64,000 bases of DNA, taken from the IMG/VR virus record IMGVR_UViG_3300028584_000450, positions 95,394 to 159,393 of that record; one strand, 5' to 3'. This document shows, one piece after another, positions 30,419-39,275 of this stretch. The stretch is from a virus (taxonomy: Duplodnaviria; Heunggongvirae; Uroviricota; Caudoviricetes). Made by a program: the position numbers and the translations under genes. The stretch's first letter is position 1. Every line of letters begins with the position of its first letter. The notes under the pieces were generated by a model. The model saw nothing but the letters and a program-made list of their open reading frames with translations. It had not been told where the DNA came from and did no database searches.

Positions 30419-31681
30419 TTATTTAGAACACAGAAACTTTTGAATATTATATGCAAAACCATAAAATATTATTGCTCTCCAACGACCACAAACCGGAGGT
30501 GAATAATCGCTATAAGAAACAGTTTTAATATGATCATCAAAAATCCGCTCAAGTAGTAAATCTGCAACATTCTTAACTTGAATTATTGTAGGTGAATGTT
30601 TAGATGATACAATACGTTTCTTAACTACAGAGAAAAATTTAGGTGAACATACTTCAACTTTATCTGTAATTTGAAGTTGCTTAAACATCAATTCAAGAAT
30701 ATCTCTAATATAATCAGCATATTGATTTGAATGAATTGAATTCAATAACAGTTTAATCTGTTCTGGTTTACTGCCATTTTCGTCACTAATAAACTTAATG
30801 AACTTAACATCGTATTTTGGTTGAAAATTCATTATAATATAATCTGAGATATTACTTACAAATTCATCATAATCATGAGATGTATATTGTTCAATAGATG
30901 ACATCTCATTATCATCTCCTGGATTTAATGATGTTCTAGGAGTTGCAATCTTCAACCCTTTTTCTTTTGCTGCAAAATATAATGGAGCTAGTCCAGCTTT
31001 TGCTTCAGATCTACCAGTTACAATATTTGGAGACATATTTGATACGAATAATTGTCTAAGTCGATTCCAACATTGTTCAAATAATCGCTTAGATTTATAT
31101 GAATCCTGTTTAACTGCATCGCCATATTTATCCAATAATGTATGACAATAGTGATTTAGAATTAACATGATTGGCATATCGAATTTTCTAGGAAGATATT
31201 TACCACTCATATTAGCAACTACATATCTCATAACATCTGGATCACAATATTTAATATAGTTCTGTCGTCTACCATTCCACAATCTAGTCAATATTAAAGC
31301 AATTGCAGAATTGCACATTGCTTTTTGTTGATTTCTTAAACCATATATAATAAATAGTAATAGTACATGGTAATATGGATCATTAACCATATATGCAGTA
31401 GGTGGAGTCTTCCAATGTGTTTGAAATGCATTTGACATTCTATGAATATCAATGCCCGCAATATTAGTAAGATTTAGTACTTCTATTTGTGGAATCTTAA
31501 ACGTCATGCACCAACCAGTTTGTTGCGTGATGGCATCAGAATATACTTTTCTCAATAATTTATCAATTTCTAATTTAATTGTAGACATGAGAGAAGGATT
31601 TTTCTTACAATTATTATCAAGTTCAGTTATAATTTGATCGATAGGATACTTTCCTTGATCACCCATCATTACCATATTCAT
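30419..31681 (-). CDS. Hypothetical protein (420 aa)
   Basis: Long ORF with GAGGAG RBS. Confidence 0.75.
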   Translation of the reverse strand: MNMVMMGDQGKYPIDQIITELDNNCKKNPSLMSTIKLEIDKLLRKVYSDAITQQTGWCMTFKIPQIEVLNLTNIAGIDIHRMSNAFQTHWKTPPTAYMVNDPYYHVLLLFIIYGLRNQQKAMCNSAIALILTRLWNGRRQNYIKYCDPDVMRYVVANMSGKYLPRKFDMPIMLILNHYCHTLLDKYGDAVKQDSYKSKRLFEQCWNRLRQLFVSNMSPNIVTGRSEAKAGLAPLYFAAKEKGLKIATPRTSLNPGDDNEMSSIEQYTSHDYDEFVSNISDYIIMNFQPKYDVKFIKFISDENGSKPEQIKLLLNSIHSNQYADYIRDILELMFKQLQITDKVEVCSPKFFSVVKKRIVSSKHSPTIIQVKNVADLLLERIFDDHIKTVSYSDYSPPVCGRWRAIIFYGFAYNIQKFLCSK

Positions 31682-31704
31682 ATCTCCTCATCATCTTTTA
31701 AGAA

Positions 31705-32409
31705 TTAAATAATTGAAGCAACTACCTTCGAAATAGTCTCGGACTTTGTCATGAAATCATCCCACATTTCTTGCAATTTCTCTGGATCGAAAAATTCACT
31801 ATATGATTCTGAAATCAGATATCCGTTAATCTCTTCTCGAATTATAGATGGGAAACATATATTCTCAATTAAATTTCTCATCACTGCAATTTTAATAGAA
31901 AATTCAACAGCTTCTTCAGCAGAAATTCCTTCATTGATTATGAAATCAGACGCCATACCTTTAACAACATTATGATATTGATTGCAGCGCTGTTCAGTTG
32001 TTAAATCATAATATTGCCGTTTAATGAAAGAATTAATGATAGACTTAGCAGATTCCTCAATAACCGAATCTGGCTCGGATTTACTTGCTAATTTATGGAC
32101 TGAATAGATCTTAGGCTTAATATTAATATGTTCATAAATTTTATGTACTGTATTTAACATTGATCCTAATGCCAGTTGAACATCATCTATAAATTCATCT
32201 TTCAATTCAGAAATTAAAACATTATAAAATATACTATCAGTGAGTACCTTCTCCTCAAATCCTTCTATTGTAAATTCTTCAAGTATACTTCTATTAAGTC
32301 TTTTTTGTGAAGTAGATTCAACAATTAAATCTTGCTTAGATGCAGTTAATCTCTGTAATGCCTTTTTTGTATCTGAAATCTTATTCATATGATCTCGAAG
32401 CGTAAACAT
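31705..32409 (-). CDS. Hypothetical acidic protein (possible head protein)
   Basis: AGGAG RBS; several hxE|S motifs. Confidence 0.65.
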   Translation of the reverse strand: MFTLRDHMNKISDTKKALQRLTASKQDLIVESTSQKRLNRSILEEFTIEGFEEKVLTDSIFYNVLISELKDEFIDDVQLALGSMLNTVHKIYEHINIKPKIYSVHKLASKSEPDSVIEESAKSIINSFIKRQYYDLTTEQRCNQYHNVVKGMASDFIINEGISAEEAVEFSIKIAVMRNLIENICFPSIIREEINGYLISESYSEFFDPEKLQEMWDDFMTKSETISKVVASII

Positions 32410-32421
32410 AAATTTCTCCTA

Positions 32422-34623
32422 TTAACTTCGCGGTAAAATATCCTGTTGATGCTCAATAAATTGTTTCATTGCAGAATATTTAATTTTAATCGCACTATCC
32501 ATATACATAAACTTATACCAACATGTCTGATCCGCATCATCCATTAGTATTAAATTTGGAACCTGTAATTGATTGGCCACAATTGTAATCAATCGTTTAA
32601 CATCATTAAAATTTGGTATTACAACTTCTTTATCTAATACATCCCAAAAATCAGTTGGCTTTCTAAATGTTTTAGAATGAATATTTCGTATATTTCTAGT
32701 AGATATATACGAATATAAACCCTTCATCAAATTGAGTGGAATTACTAAACAGAAGTTAGGAAATTCTAATGCATCCTGTTTTTGAACTTCTACATCTGCA
32801 TCAACTTCACTCATATATGAACATGTAAATGAAAAGAATGTCCATTTAAGTAAAAAATTGCATATAGTGAATAATGATTGTTCAATTGAATTTAAATCAC
32901 TATAAAATTCAGATATGTCTGCAGGATTTAATGTATTATTATTATGTTGAGCATACGTCCGATTATTAAATGTGGTATTATCAACACCAATATATATATT
33001 GTGCATTCTTCCAGCATAGTTTCTATATCGTTCTACAAATGTTTGTGGATCTGAAATATTGGTAAACCAAGGTGCATTATCTGGAGATCTCTCTGGATAT
33101 CTTCCCCACATTGAACTTAAAATTGTATTATTAAATTGTCCAGCAATTGATGATAATTTAGTCGTTAAGTTCGCAGTTGGGCGAGTAGGATCTAATGGAT
33201 CTCCACTTCCAGAAATGATATTAGTCAACCAGGAATCAATAGTCTTTTCATGTGGTTTGATTCGTTGAGATAGATCAATAATTGCATTAATTGCTTTTTC
33301 AATATCATTACTATTATAAGTCAAATTTCCAGTCATATTTTTATTATAATCGGATAATGATTTTTCAATACTATTTGCAATATTGACATTTTCTTTACAT
33401 ATAGATACTAAATCTTTAACTTCTCTTGAGAGTGAACCTCCATGGTTTTTGACTTTAGAAATAACAGCACTTGTAATTTGTTGTGCTAAATTTAAGAAAT
33501 CATCCATGCGATTTGTTGATATATCATCTATTACTGCTGCTACTTTTTTAGAGACATCACATCCAATCGGAGCTGGTCCACCAAGTATTGTAAGTAGTCG
33601 GTATGCTGGAACTATTATATTTTCTATATAAATATTAAATGTAGATATTGCCGCAGTGTAATGTTTATTTTGAATTGTCGTTGGAATAGACACTTCGCTA
33701 ACACTTAAAGTCCTCCCTCTAGTTTCAATTCCATTATTTTCTGCAGCCCAACGTTGCTCATTCATACATATCCCAAAAAATATTTGAGCTTTTTTATGTT
33801 CAGTAGATAAATATGAATATAACTTATGATCTATATTTGATTTATTAACATTTTGACCATATATATTAAATGTAGATGAACTTTGTTTGCGAACTAACCT
33901 TTGTTTGGAATCGATACTATCTGTAGTTATATCATGTCCAATAATTCTATTTATCTTTTTAATTGAATTCTCATCGAGTATCAATTGTCTAAGCATATGT
34001 GCTGGTACATGATCTATAATATTAAAAATATAATCTAAATTAGAAGTTCCAGTAAGTGGAGTTCCAGTCATTATAGATACGAGTAAAATTAAATACATAT
34101 ATTCACTAGATACTGAATATGATTTAGTACCAACAATTAATGGTATTGATAATAAATTTGAAATCGTTATTGAAGATATTATTGGATTTAATCCATGAAA
34201 TAATGGATTATTTTTTAATTGATCTTGAACGAATATATTAAATTGATCAATTTTATCTTGATATAACATTCGATATTCTTGGTTAGTCCAAGAGTCAATA
34301 GGAACATTATTATGGCTTATTGAATTTTGAGAATATAATGATTGTCTAATCACATCTGCTGGATTAATTGGATTTGATGTATTTTGTCCAAGAGCTCCAA
34401 TATTTCGTTGAGCATCTGAAGTAATTCGCAATCCGTTATCATATTTAATTTCTGATATTAAAGATGCTGTGAAGAATAATCTTGCGATTTGGGTTTGTCG
34501 ATTTAATGCCTCATCGCAAATAAATGGATATATAAAGATTAATCGTTGACCTCCCATACTATCATGAGCGGACATTCGTCCAGGTTGTCGTAAACTTTGA
34601 AAAGATCCGCCACCAAGTTGCAT
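32422..34623 (-). CDS. Hypothetical 733-aa protein (probably virion-associated)
   Basis: Long ORF, GGAG RBS, structural gene context. Confidence 0.7.
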   Translation of the reverse strand: MQLGGGSFQSLRQPGRMSAHDSMGGQRLIFIYPFICDEALNRQTQIARLFFTASLISEIKYDNGLRITSDAQRNIGALGQNTSNPINPADVIRQSLYSQNSISHNNVPIDSWTNQEYRMLYQDKIDQFNIFVQDQLKNNPLFHGLNPIISSITISNLLSIPLIVGTKSYSVSSEYMYLILLVSIMTGTPLTGTSNLDYIFNIIDHVPAHMLRQLILDENSIKKINRIIGHDITTDSIDSKQRLVRKQSSSTFNIYGQNVNKSNIDHKLYSYLSTEHKKAQIFFGICMNEQRWAAENNGIETRGRTLSVSEVSIPTTIQNKHYTAAISTFNIYIENIIVPAYRLLTILGGPAPIGCDVSKKVAAVIDDISTNRMDDFLNLAQQITSAVISKVKNHGGSLSREVKDLVSICKENVNIANSIEKSLSDYNKNMTGNLTYNSNDIEKAINAIIDLSQRIKPHEKTIDSWLTNIISGSGDPLDPTRPTANLTTKLSSIAGQFNNTILSSMWGRYPERSPDNAPWFTNISDPQTFVERYRNYAGRMHNIYIGVDNTTFNNRTYAQHNNNTLNPADISEFYSDLNSIEQSLFTICNFLLKWTFFSFTCSYMSEVDADVEVQKQDALEFPNFCLVIPLNLMKGLYSYISTRNIRNIHSKTFRKPTDFWDVLDKEVVIPNFNDVKRLITIVANQLQVPNLILMDDADQTCWYKFMYMDSAIKIKYSAMKQFIEHQQDILPRS

Positions 34624-34638
34624 TAGAAACTCCTTATA

Positions 34639-34938
34639 TTAACCAATTTCATTTTCTGGATCTACTCCTTGATAATTTTCAGGCATTACAGATGGTGGAG
34701 CTGGAGGAGGAGGAGGGTTTTTTAATTGTTCTAAAAGAATCTCAAATTCTTCAATTTCAAAATTAGTCATAGATTCAAAATTAAATGATCTATTACTTGC
34801 AGGATCAATTGGAGGAAATTGAAAATTATCATCCTCACATTTCCAAACAATATATCCATCGGAAGTACCAATTCCAGTTGAATATCCATCATCAGTAGCA
34901 GATTGTCCAGGTATTAATTTATATTTAATATATTGCAT
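34639..34938 (-). CDS. Hypothetical protein
   Basis: 99-aa ORF coupled to upstream stop. Confidence 0.55.
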   Translation of the reverse strand: MQYIKYKLIPGQSATDDGYSTGIGTSDGYIVWKCEDDNFQFPPIDPASNRSFNFESMTNFEIEEFEILLEQLKNPPPPPAPPSVMPENYQGVDPENEIG

Positions 34939-35744
34939 TATTTTTTCTCCAATGAGTAATATTTTAGAATCTTTGCTAAATATTTAGAATTATATTCTTT
35001 ACTATAATTTAATATGATATCATTAATCATATTAGAAATTCGATCTCTATCTGTTGGATGTGATGAAAAATTAAATAATTTGAGAGCAGATGATAATACT
35101 CGAATTAATCGATTCGTACTATTCTCTCCTAAAAAAGTATGTTTTATTCTCCAAGTATGAAAAACTTTAATTAATTCATCTCCATAACCGCAACTAGTTG
35201 CAAATTTATCGGCTCCATATTCACCATAATGAGATGTCCATGTAAGGGGTCTTCCTACAATTACATATAATGGAAGTAAAAATCCAGTTAAAAGACCAAC
35301 AATAAGTGCTGGCATTTTTAATTGTTCTAAATAATATTCAAAATTTTTAACATATAAATCAGACATATTTGCATATACTGCAATATGCCCCATTTCATGG
35401 AATATTATAGCGACTATACCAGGGGATGAAACTTCATCGAGAATCTCATATCCAATTAATAATTTAACAGATTTGATAGCACTGAAATTAAGATCATTTA
35501 TATTTATTTTTAATTGACCAACATCATTAAAAATTGGAAGAACCGATACATTATAGGATAAGTCACCCATATGAATAATTTCAATATCAAATGGACATTT
35601 AAAAATTTTAGTAAGTTGTTTTTCGAGATTAATAATCCCAGTTGATCGGTCAGTTTTATTTCTTGATTTTTTAATCTGCGTTATATGATATTCTAATTTT
35701 CGAAATTCTGGCTTTGCATGTGTCCCTACTTCTGTAATATACAT
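34938..35744 (-). CDS. Zn metallopeptidase (M48-like, HEXXH) with hydrophobic segment
   Basis: 'IIFHEMGH', 'EYGADKFA...GYGDELIK', 'SHP...DRI'. Confidence 0.7.
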   Translation of the reverse strand: MYITEVGTHAKPEFRKLEYHITQIKKSRNKTDRSTGIINLEKQLTKIFKCPFDIEIIHMGDLSYNVSVLPIFNDVGQLKININDLNFSAIKSVKLLIGYEILDEVSSPGIVAIIFHEMGHIAVYANMSDLYVKNFEYYLEQLKMPALIVGLLTGFLLPLYVIVGRPLTWTSHYGEYGADKFATSCGYGDELIKVFHTWRIKHTFLGENSTNRLIRVLSSALKLFNFSSHPTDRDRISNMINDIILNYSKEYNSKYLAKILKYYSLEKK

Positions 35745-35756
35745 ATTTAAAATATC

Positions 35757-36695
35757 CTATGTTCTTTTACAAATCTTTTTATACATACAGAAAAAGCAAT
35801 CAGATTTAACAAATTTATTATCTTTAGGTGGTATGATGTTTTGATTTATATAATAATTGATAGTTTGATATTTTTCAATTACATAATTCTCATATGGTGT
35901 AACATCAATGACATTAAGATCAATGGTTAATGCTGTGATAAAATAAAATTTATTATGTTTTGAGTCTAATAATTTTTTAATTGCAGTTGCAGTTTTAATC
36001 GCTTGTGTTACAGATTCACTATCTGCAGACAATAGATCATGGGCAACATATATTAGTTGAATTGTATTTATATTATATTTTGATAATTTAGGAGGATCTG
36101 ATCTTAAACTTTGTCTAGGTTGCTGTTGAGCTTCTTCAAGATGTTTCATCAATAAATATCGATAAAAAATTGCTTGATAAAAATCAGGAGTTCTTGGAGT
36201 TCTCGTATTAATAATTTTAGAATAATCGGAATATGTGCATGATTTGATTTCAACCAACACATTATTATTAATCAAATTATCAATTCTAGTAGATGCTCTT
36301 ATACTTGGAATTTTTAACGAACATTCAGCTTCTGTGAATACTTTTGAATTAGTTTGAATGAATTCGTGTACAGCATTTCCAAGAGCAGCTCTAAAAACGA
36401 CTGGTAACCAAACAGTATCGTATGAATCAACTGGATAATTAAGAATTTTATAAACAGTTTCACGAATACAATTACTAGCAATGTCATATCCACTAATAGT
36501 ATTTGAATTTGTTATGATTTGATTATTACGATCATGTGCATTTTTAGCAACATCAGCAATAAAATCATTAACATCAAATAATATAGGTTGGGTTGGTATT
36601 GATTGAGGTTGTTGAATTTGAGGAGTCTGCATTGGAATTCCAGGTGTTTGAAATTGTGGATTTGAATTATTCATTTGAAGTATATTCGAAAGCAT
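35757..36695 (-). CDS. Cas4-like PD-(D/E)xK exonuclease with 4-Cys cluster
   Basis: 'ASNCIRE', 'GNAVHEFIQ', 'RIDNL...VEIKS', C-terminal 'CFFCMYKKIC'. Confidence 0.75.
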   Translation of the reverse strand: MLSNILQMNNSNPQFQTPGIPMQTPQIQQPQSIPTQPILFDVNDFIADVAKNAHDRNNQIITNSNTISGYDIASNCIRETVYKILNYPVDSYDTVWLPVVFRAALGNAVHEFIQTNSKVFTEAECSLKIPSIRASTRIDNLINNNVLVEIKSCTYSDYSKIINTRTPRTPDFYQAIFYRYLLMKHLEEAQQQPRQSLRSDPPKLSKYNINTIQLIYVAHDLLSADSESVTQAIKTATAIKKLLDSKHNKFYFITALTIDLNVIDVTPYENYVIEKYQTINYYINQNIIPPKDNKFVKSDCFFCMYKKICKRT

Positions 36696-36719
36696 ATTTA
36701 TAAAATCCTTTATTAATTA

Positions 36720-37046
36720 TTATTTAGTTCCACGATTAGATGAGATATCTGTAGATGATTTACCTCCAGAAACAAGCTTATTAATATTATCTTTTCCTCC
36801 AGTAACAGTTCCTTTGCCTAATTTTTTAATGGCCGTCGCTTTAGAAGAAATTGCAGCTTCTTTGCGACCTCGTACTCGGTATTTAGTCATGATCTGTTCT
36901 TTTAATTTCATGTATCGATCTTTAGCCATCTTATATTGATGGTATGTTGGATCTGAAGTACTCTTTGCAATATTAATTGCAAACTTTCCAGCTAATGTTC
37001 TCATCTTTTGTTTCTTATTTCGTCGAATAACAGAATTAAATTCCAT
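36720..37046 (-). CDS. Small basic protein
   Basis: AGGAG RBS; Lys/Arg-rich. Confidence 0.65.
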   Translation of the reverse strand: MEFNSVIRRNKKQKMRTLAGKFAINIAKSTSDPTYHQYKMAKDRYMKLKEQIMTKYRVRGRKEAAISSKATAIKKLGKGTVTGGKDNINKLVSGGKSSTDISSNRGTK

Positions 37047-37074
37047 TGAAATTCTCCTACTTAAATTTATAAAT

Positions 37075-37088
37075 ATTAATATCTATAT
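37075..37088 (-). promoter_or_regulatory. Candidate phage promoter motif ATATAGATATTAAT
   Basis: Exact copy about 30 nt upstream of ATG 37046. Confidence 0.55.
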
Positions 37089-37109
37089 TACAGTGATTAT
37101 AATAACAAG

Positions 37110-38159
37110 TTAATATTTTGATTTATTTCCCATGGGTGAAGATTTATAAGGGGGCTTATAATTAGATTTATAATTAGATTCCGGCTTAGGGTGTATTAGA
37201 AGTTTAGGAGATGTTGGATTCTGAGATGTTGAATCTTTAATAACATTAGTATACTTATCTAACCATAATTTTTTTTCATCTGGTTTATTTTTGTAACATG
37301 CTTCAATAACTTCACTAACTAATTTAAAATGGTTCTTACATATACTAAAATATACAGAACATGAATCGGAAAGTGGTTGTTGAACTGTCAATAATGTTGT
37401 AGGTTCAGATAAAAGTTTAATATCATAAGCGTTATTTTGTTTTAAACATGTGAAATATGCATCTAAATATTGACGAGCAAATAATAATTGAGTATTTAAA
37501 TAACATGTGAATACACAATCATATTGCTCGATTTGATTTTTTCGAATTTTAGAGTTTGATTTTGGATTAACATAAGAGAAATGAGTCGTTCCCAAAACTG
37601 CAAGATCAAGTCCACATCGTTTAACACAATTCTGATCTTCATTATATATTACGTGATTTATAATTGTAAATGCTTTAGTTTTTTTATCAATCTGAACTGC
37701 AGCAGATGTCATTAATTCATTTAATTTTCCTATTATTTTAGAAATTGATTTAAATACTGGTTTAGCCACATACTTAGCCCCACTCTCAATTTCAGATTTA
37801 AGTGTAATGAGTGCAGTAAGACCTGCTATAGCGCTAACCAGCTCAAATCCAGTAAATTCCATATTTAATTCAAGATCATCGTACATATGGGTATTTATAT
37901 CCATAAAAGTTTCATTATATTCACCTTCAAGATATGAATCAATTAACCCATATGTAAGTTGATATTGTTTATATTTATCTAAATTAAACAACTCTATATA
38001 TAGTTCTGGAAAATCTAATTTAACTTCATGAATTGTATCTATGATTGATTCATACAATTCAAATATAGCATCATCTTTATTTTTCCAAATCGAATACTTT
38101 CCAAGTTCAAAATCATTATAATATCCTTCACATAAAGTTTTAATAAATTTTTGATCCAT
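37110..38159 (-). CDS. Hypothetical protein (349 aa)
   Basis: Long ORF. Confidence 0.7.
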   Translation of the reverse strand: MDQKFIKTLCEGYYNDFELGKYSIWKNKDDAIFELYESIIDTIHEVKLDFPELYIELFNLDKYKQYQLTYGLIDSYLEGEYNETFMDINTHMYDDLELNMEFTGFELVSAIAGLTALITLKSEIESGAKYVAKPVFKSISKIIGKLNELMTSAAVQIDKKTKAFTIINHVIYNEDQNCVKRCGLDLAVLGTTHFSYVNPKSNSKIRKNQIEQYDCVFTCYLNTQLLFARQYLDAYFTCLKQNNAYDIKLLSEPTTLLTVQQPLSDSCSVYFSICKNHFKLVSEVIEACYKNKPDEKKLWLDKYTNVIKDSTSQNPTSPKLLIHPKPESNYKSNYKPPYKSSPMGNKSKY

Positions 38160-38174
38160 ACATATTACCTCGTA

Positions 38175-38984
38175 TTATCTGCATGTTAATTTTAGTTGTG
38201 CTTCAATTTTAGTCCCTATACTATCTGTAGCAGATATTATTTTTTCAATATGGTTTCTTTTTTCACCTTGTAATGCTGGAAAATGATCGAGATTAATATC
38301 ACCTCCGATATTAAATCCTTTATCATTCATAAAACTTTCAATCTGTAATACTGCTGGTTTATTCGAATATCCTAAACAATGTTGACTATAACATGTAGAC
38401 AGATTAAGTAAAAGATCTAAACTTCCAAGATCAAGTTTAAGCCCAATACCAAACATCAAACTCCACAATCCAAACTCAAATGGATCAAAAATACATTCAA
38501 ATACATTCGATGCATAATCCCAAAGAAGACTTCCAGCAACTTGTGGAAATTTACTAAAATCCAGAGTTGGTATTTGAGCCAATTTTGTTAAATCAAATGC
38601 AAATAAATCAATCACACTTCCACCAAGACATGACAATAGTGCTGAAACATCATCAATATTTCCTGAGATTCCACTATCAATAGAATCTCCAAAACTAGTA
38701 ATTGCATTTATTTTTGCATCTAAACCAAACGGGTCCCATCCAACAATTCCAAAATTAATAAAATCTCCTAAATCATTCATATCAATAGATAATATTTCAA
38801 ATTGATTATAAAATGGATCTAACCAACCACCCATCATTAATCGCATTTGCTCACATAACCAATTTGCATTGATTGGCAAACTTCCAGTAACGCAATCGGA
38901 CAATCTATCGATTGCAGTTTCTCCAGCACGATGTATAGCAGTACCTACATTTTCAATAGGTGGCAAACTTGCCCAAACGTCCAT
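38175..38984 (-). CDS. Hypothetical protein (269 aa)
   Basis: Long ORF, AAGGA RBS. Confidence 0.7.
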   Translation of the reverse strand: MDVWASLPPIENVGTAIHRAGETAIDRLSDCVTGSLPINANWLCEQMRLMMGGWLDPFYNQFEILSIDMNDLGDFINFGIVGWDPFGLDAKINAITSFGDSIDSGISGNIDDVSALLSCLGGSVIDLFAFDLTKLAQIPTLDFSKFPQVAGSLLWDYASNVFECIFDPFEFGLWSLMFGIGLKLDLGSLDLLLNLSTCYSQHCLGYSNKPAVLQIESFMNDKGFNIGGDINLDHFPALQGEKRNHIEKIISATDSIGTKIEAQLKLTCR

Positions 38985-39001
38985 GATTATATTCCTTTTA
39001 A

Positions 39002-39044
39002 TTATAAGATAATATAGATAATAGATGTCTATATTATCTTATAA
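39002..39044. other. 17-bp perfect intergenic stem-loop
   Basis: TTATAAGATAATATAGA / TCTATATTATCTTATAA. Confidence 0.8.
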
Positions 39045-39052
39045 CCTAATTA

Positions 39053-39262
39053 TTATTTATTACCACGAATTCGTTCAACACCACTATTAATTTTTGGAGC
39101 CAATCCACCACCCCATACTTTATTTTTAATAAAATTGCCAATTTTTGGAAGTGATATTTTTGGAAATGATATTGCAGGTTTTGATGATCCAAATCCACTC
39201 TGAAATGATTTCCATTTACCACCATCGATACCTTCTAAAACTAATTGATTAATATCACTCAT
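39053..39262 (-). CDS. Small basic protein with MSDINQLVLE leader
   Basis: AAGGAG RBS before ATG 39262. Confidence 0.65.
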   Translation of the reverse strand: MSDINQLVLEGIDGGKWKSFQSGFGSSKPAISFPKISLPKIGNFIKNKVWGGGLAPKINSGVERIRGNK

Positions 39263-39275
39263 ATTTTTATTCTCC

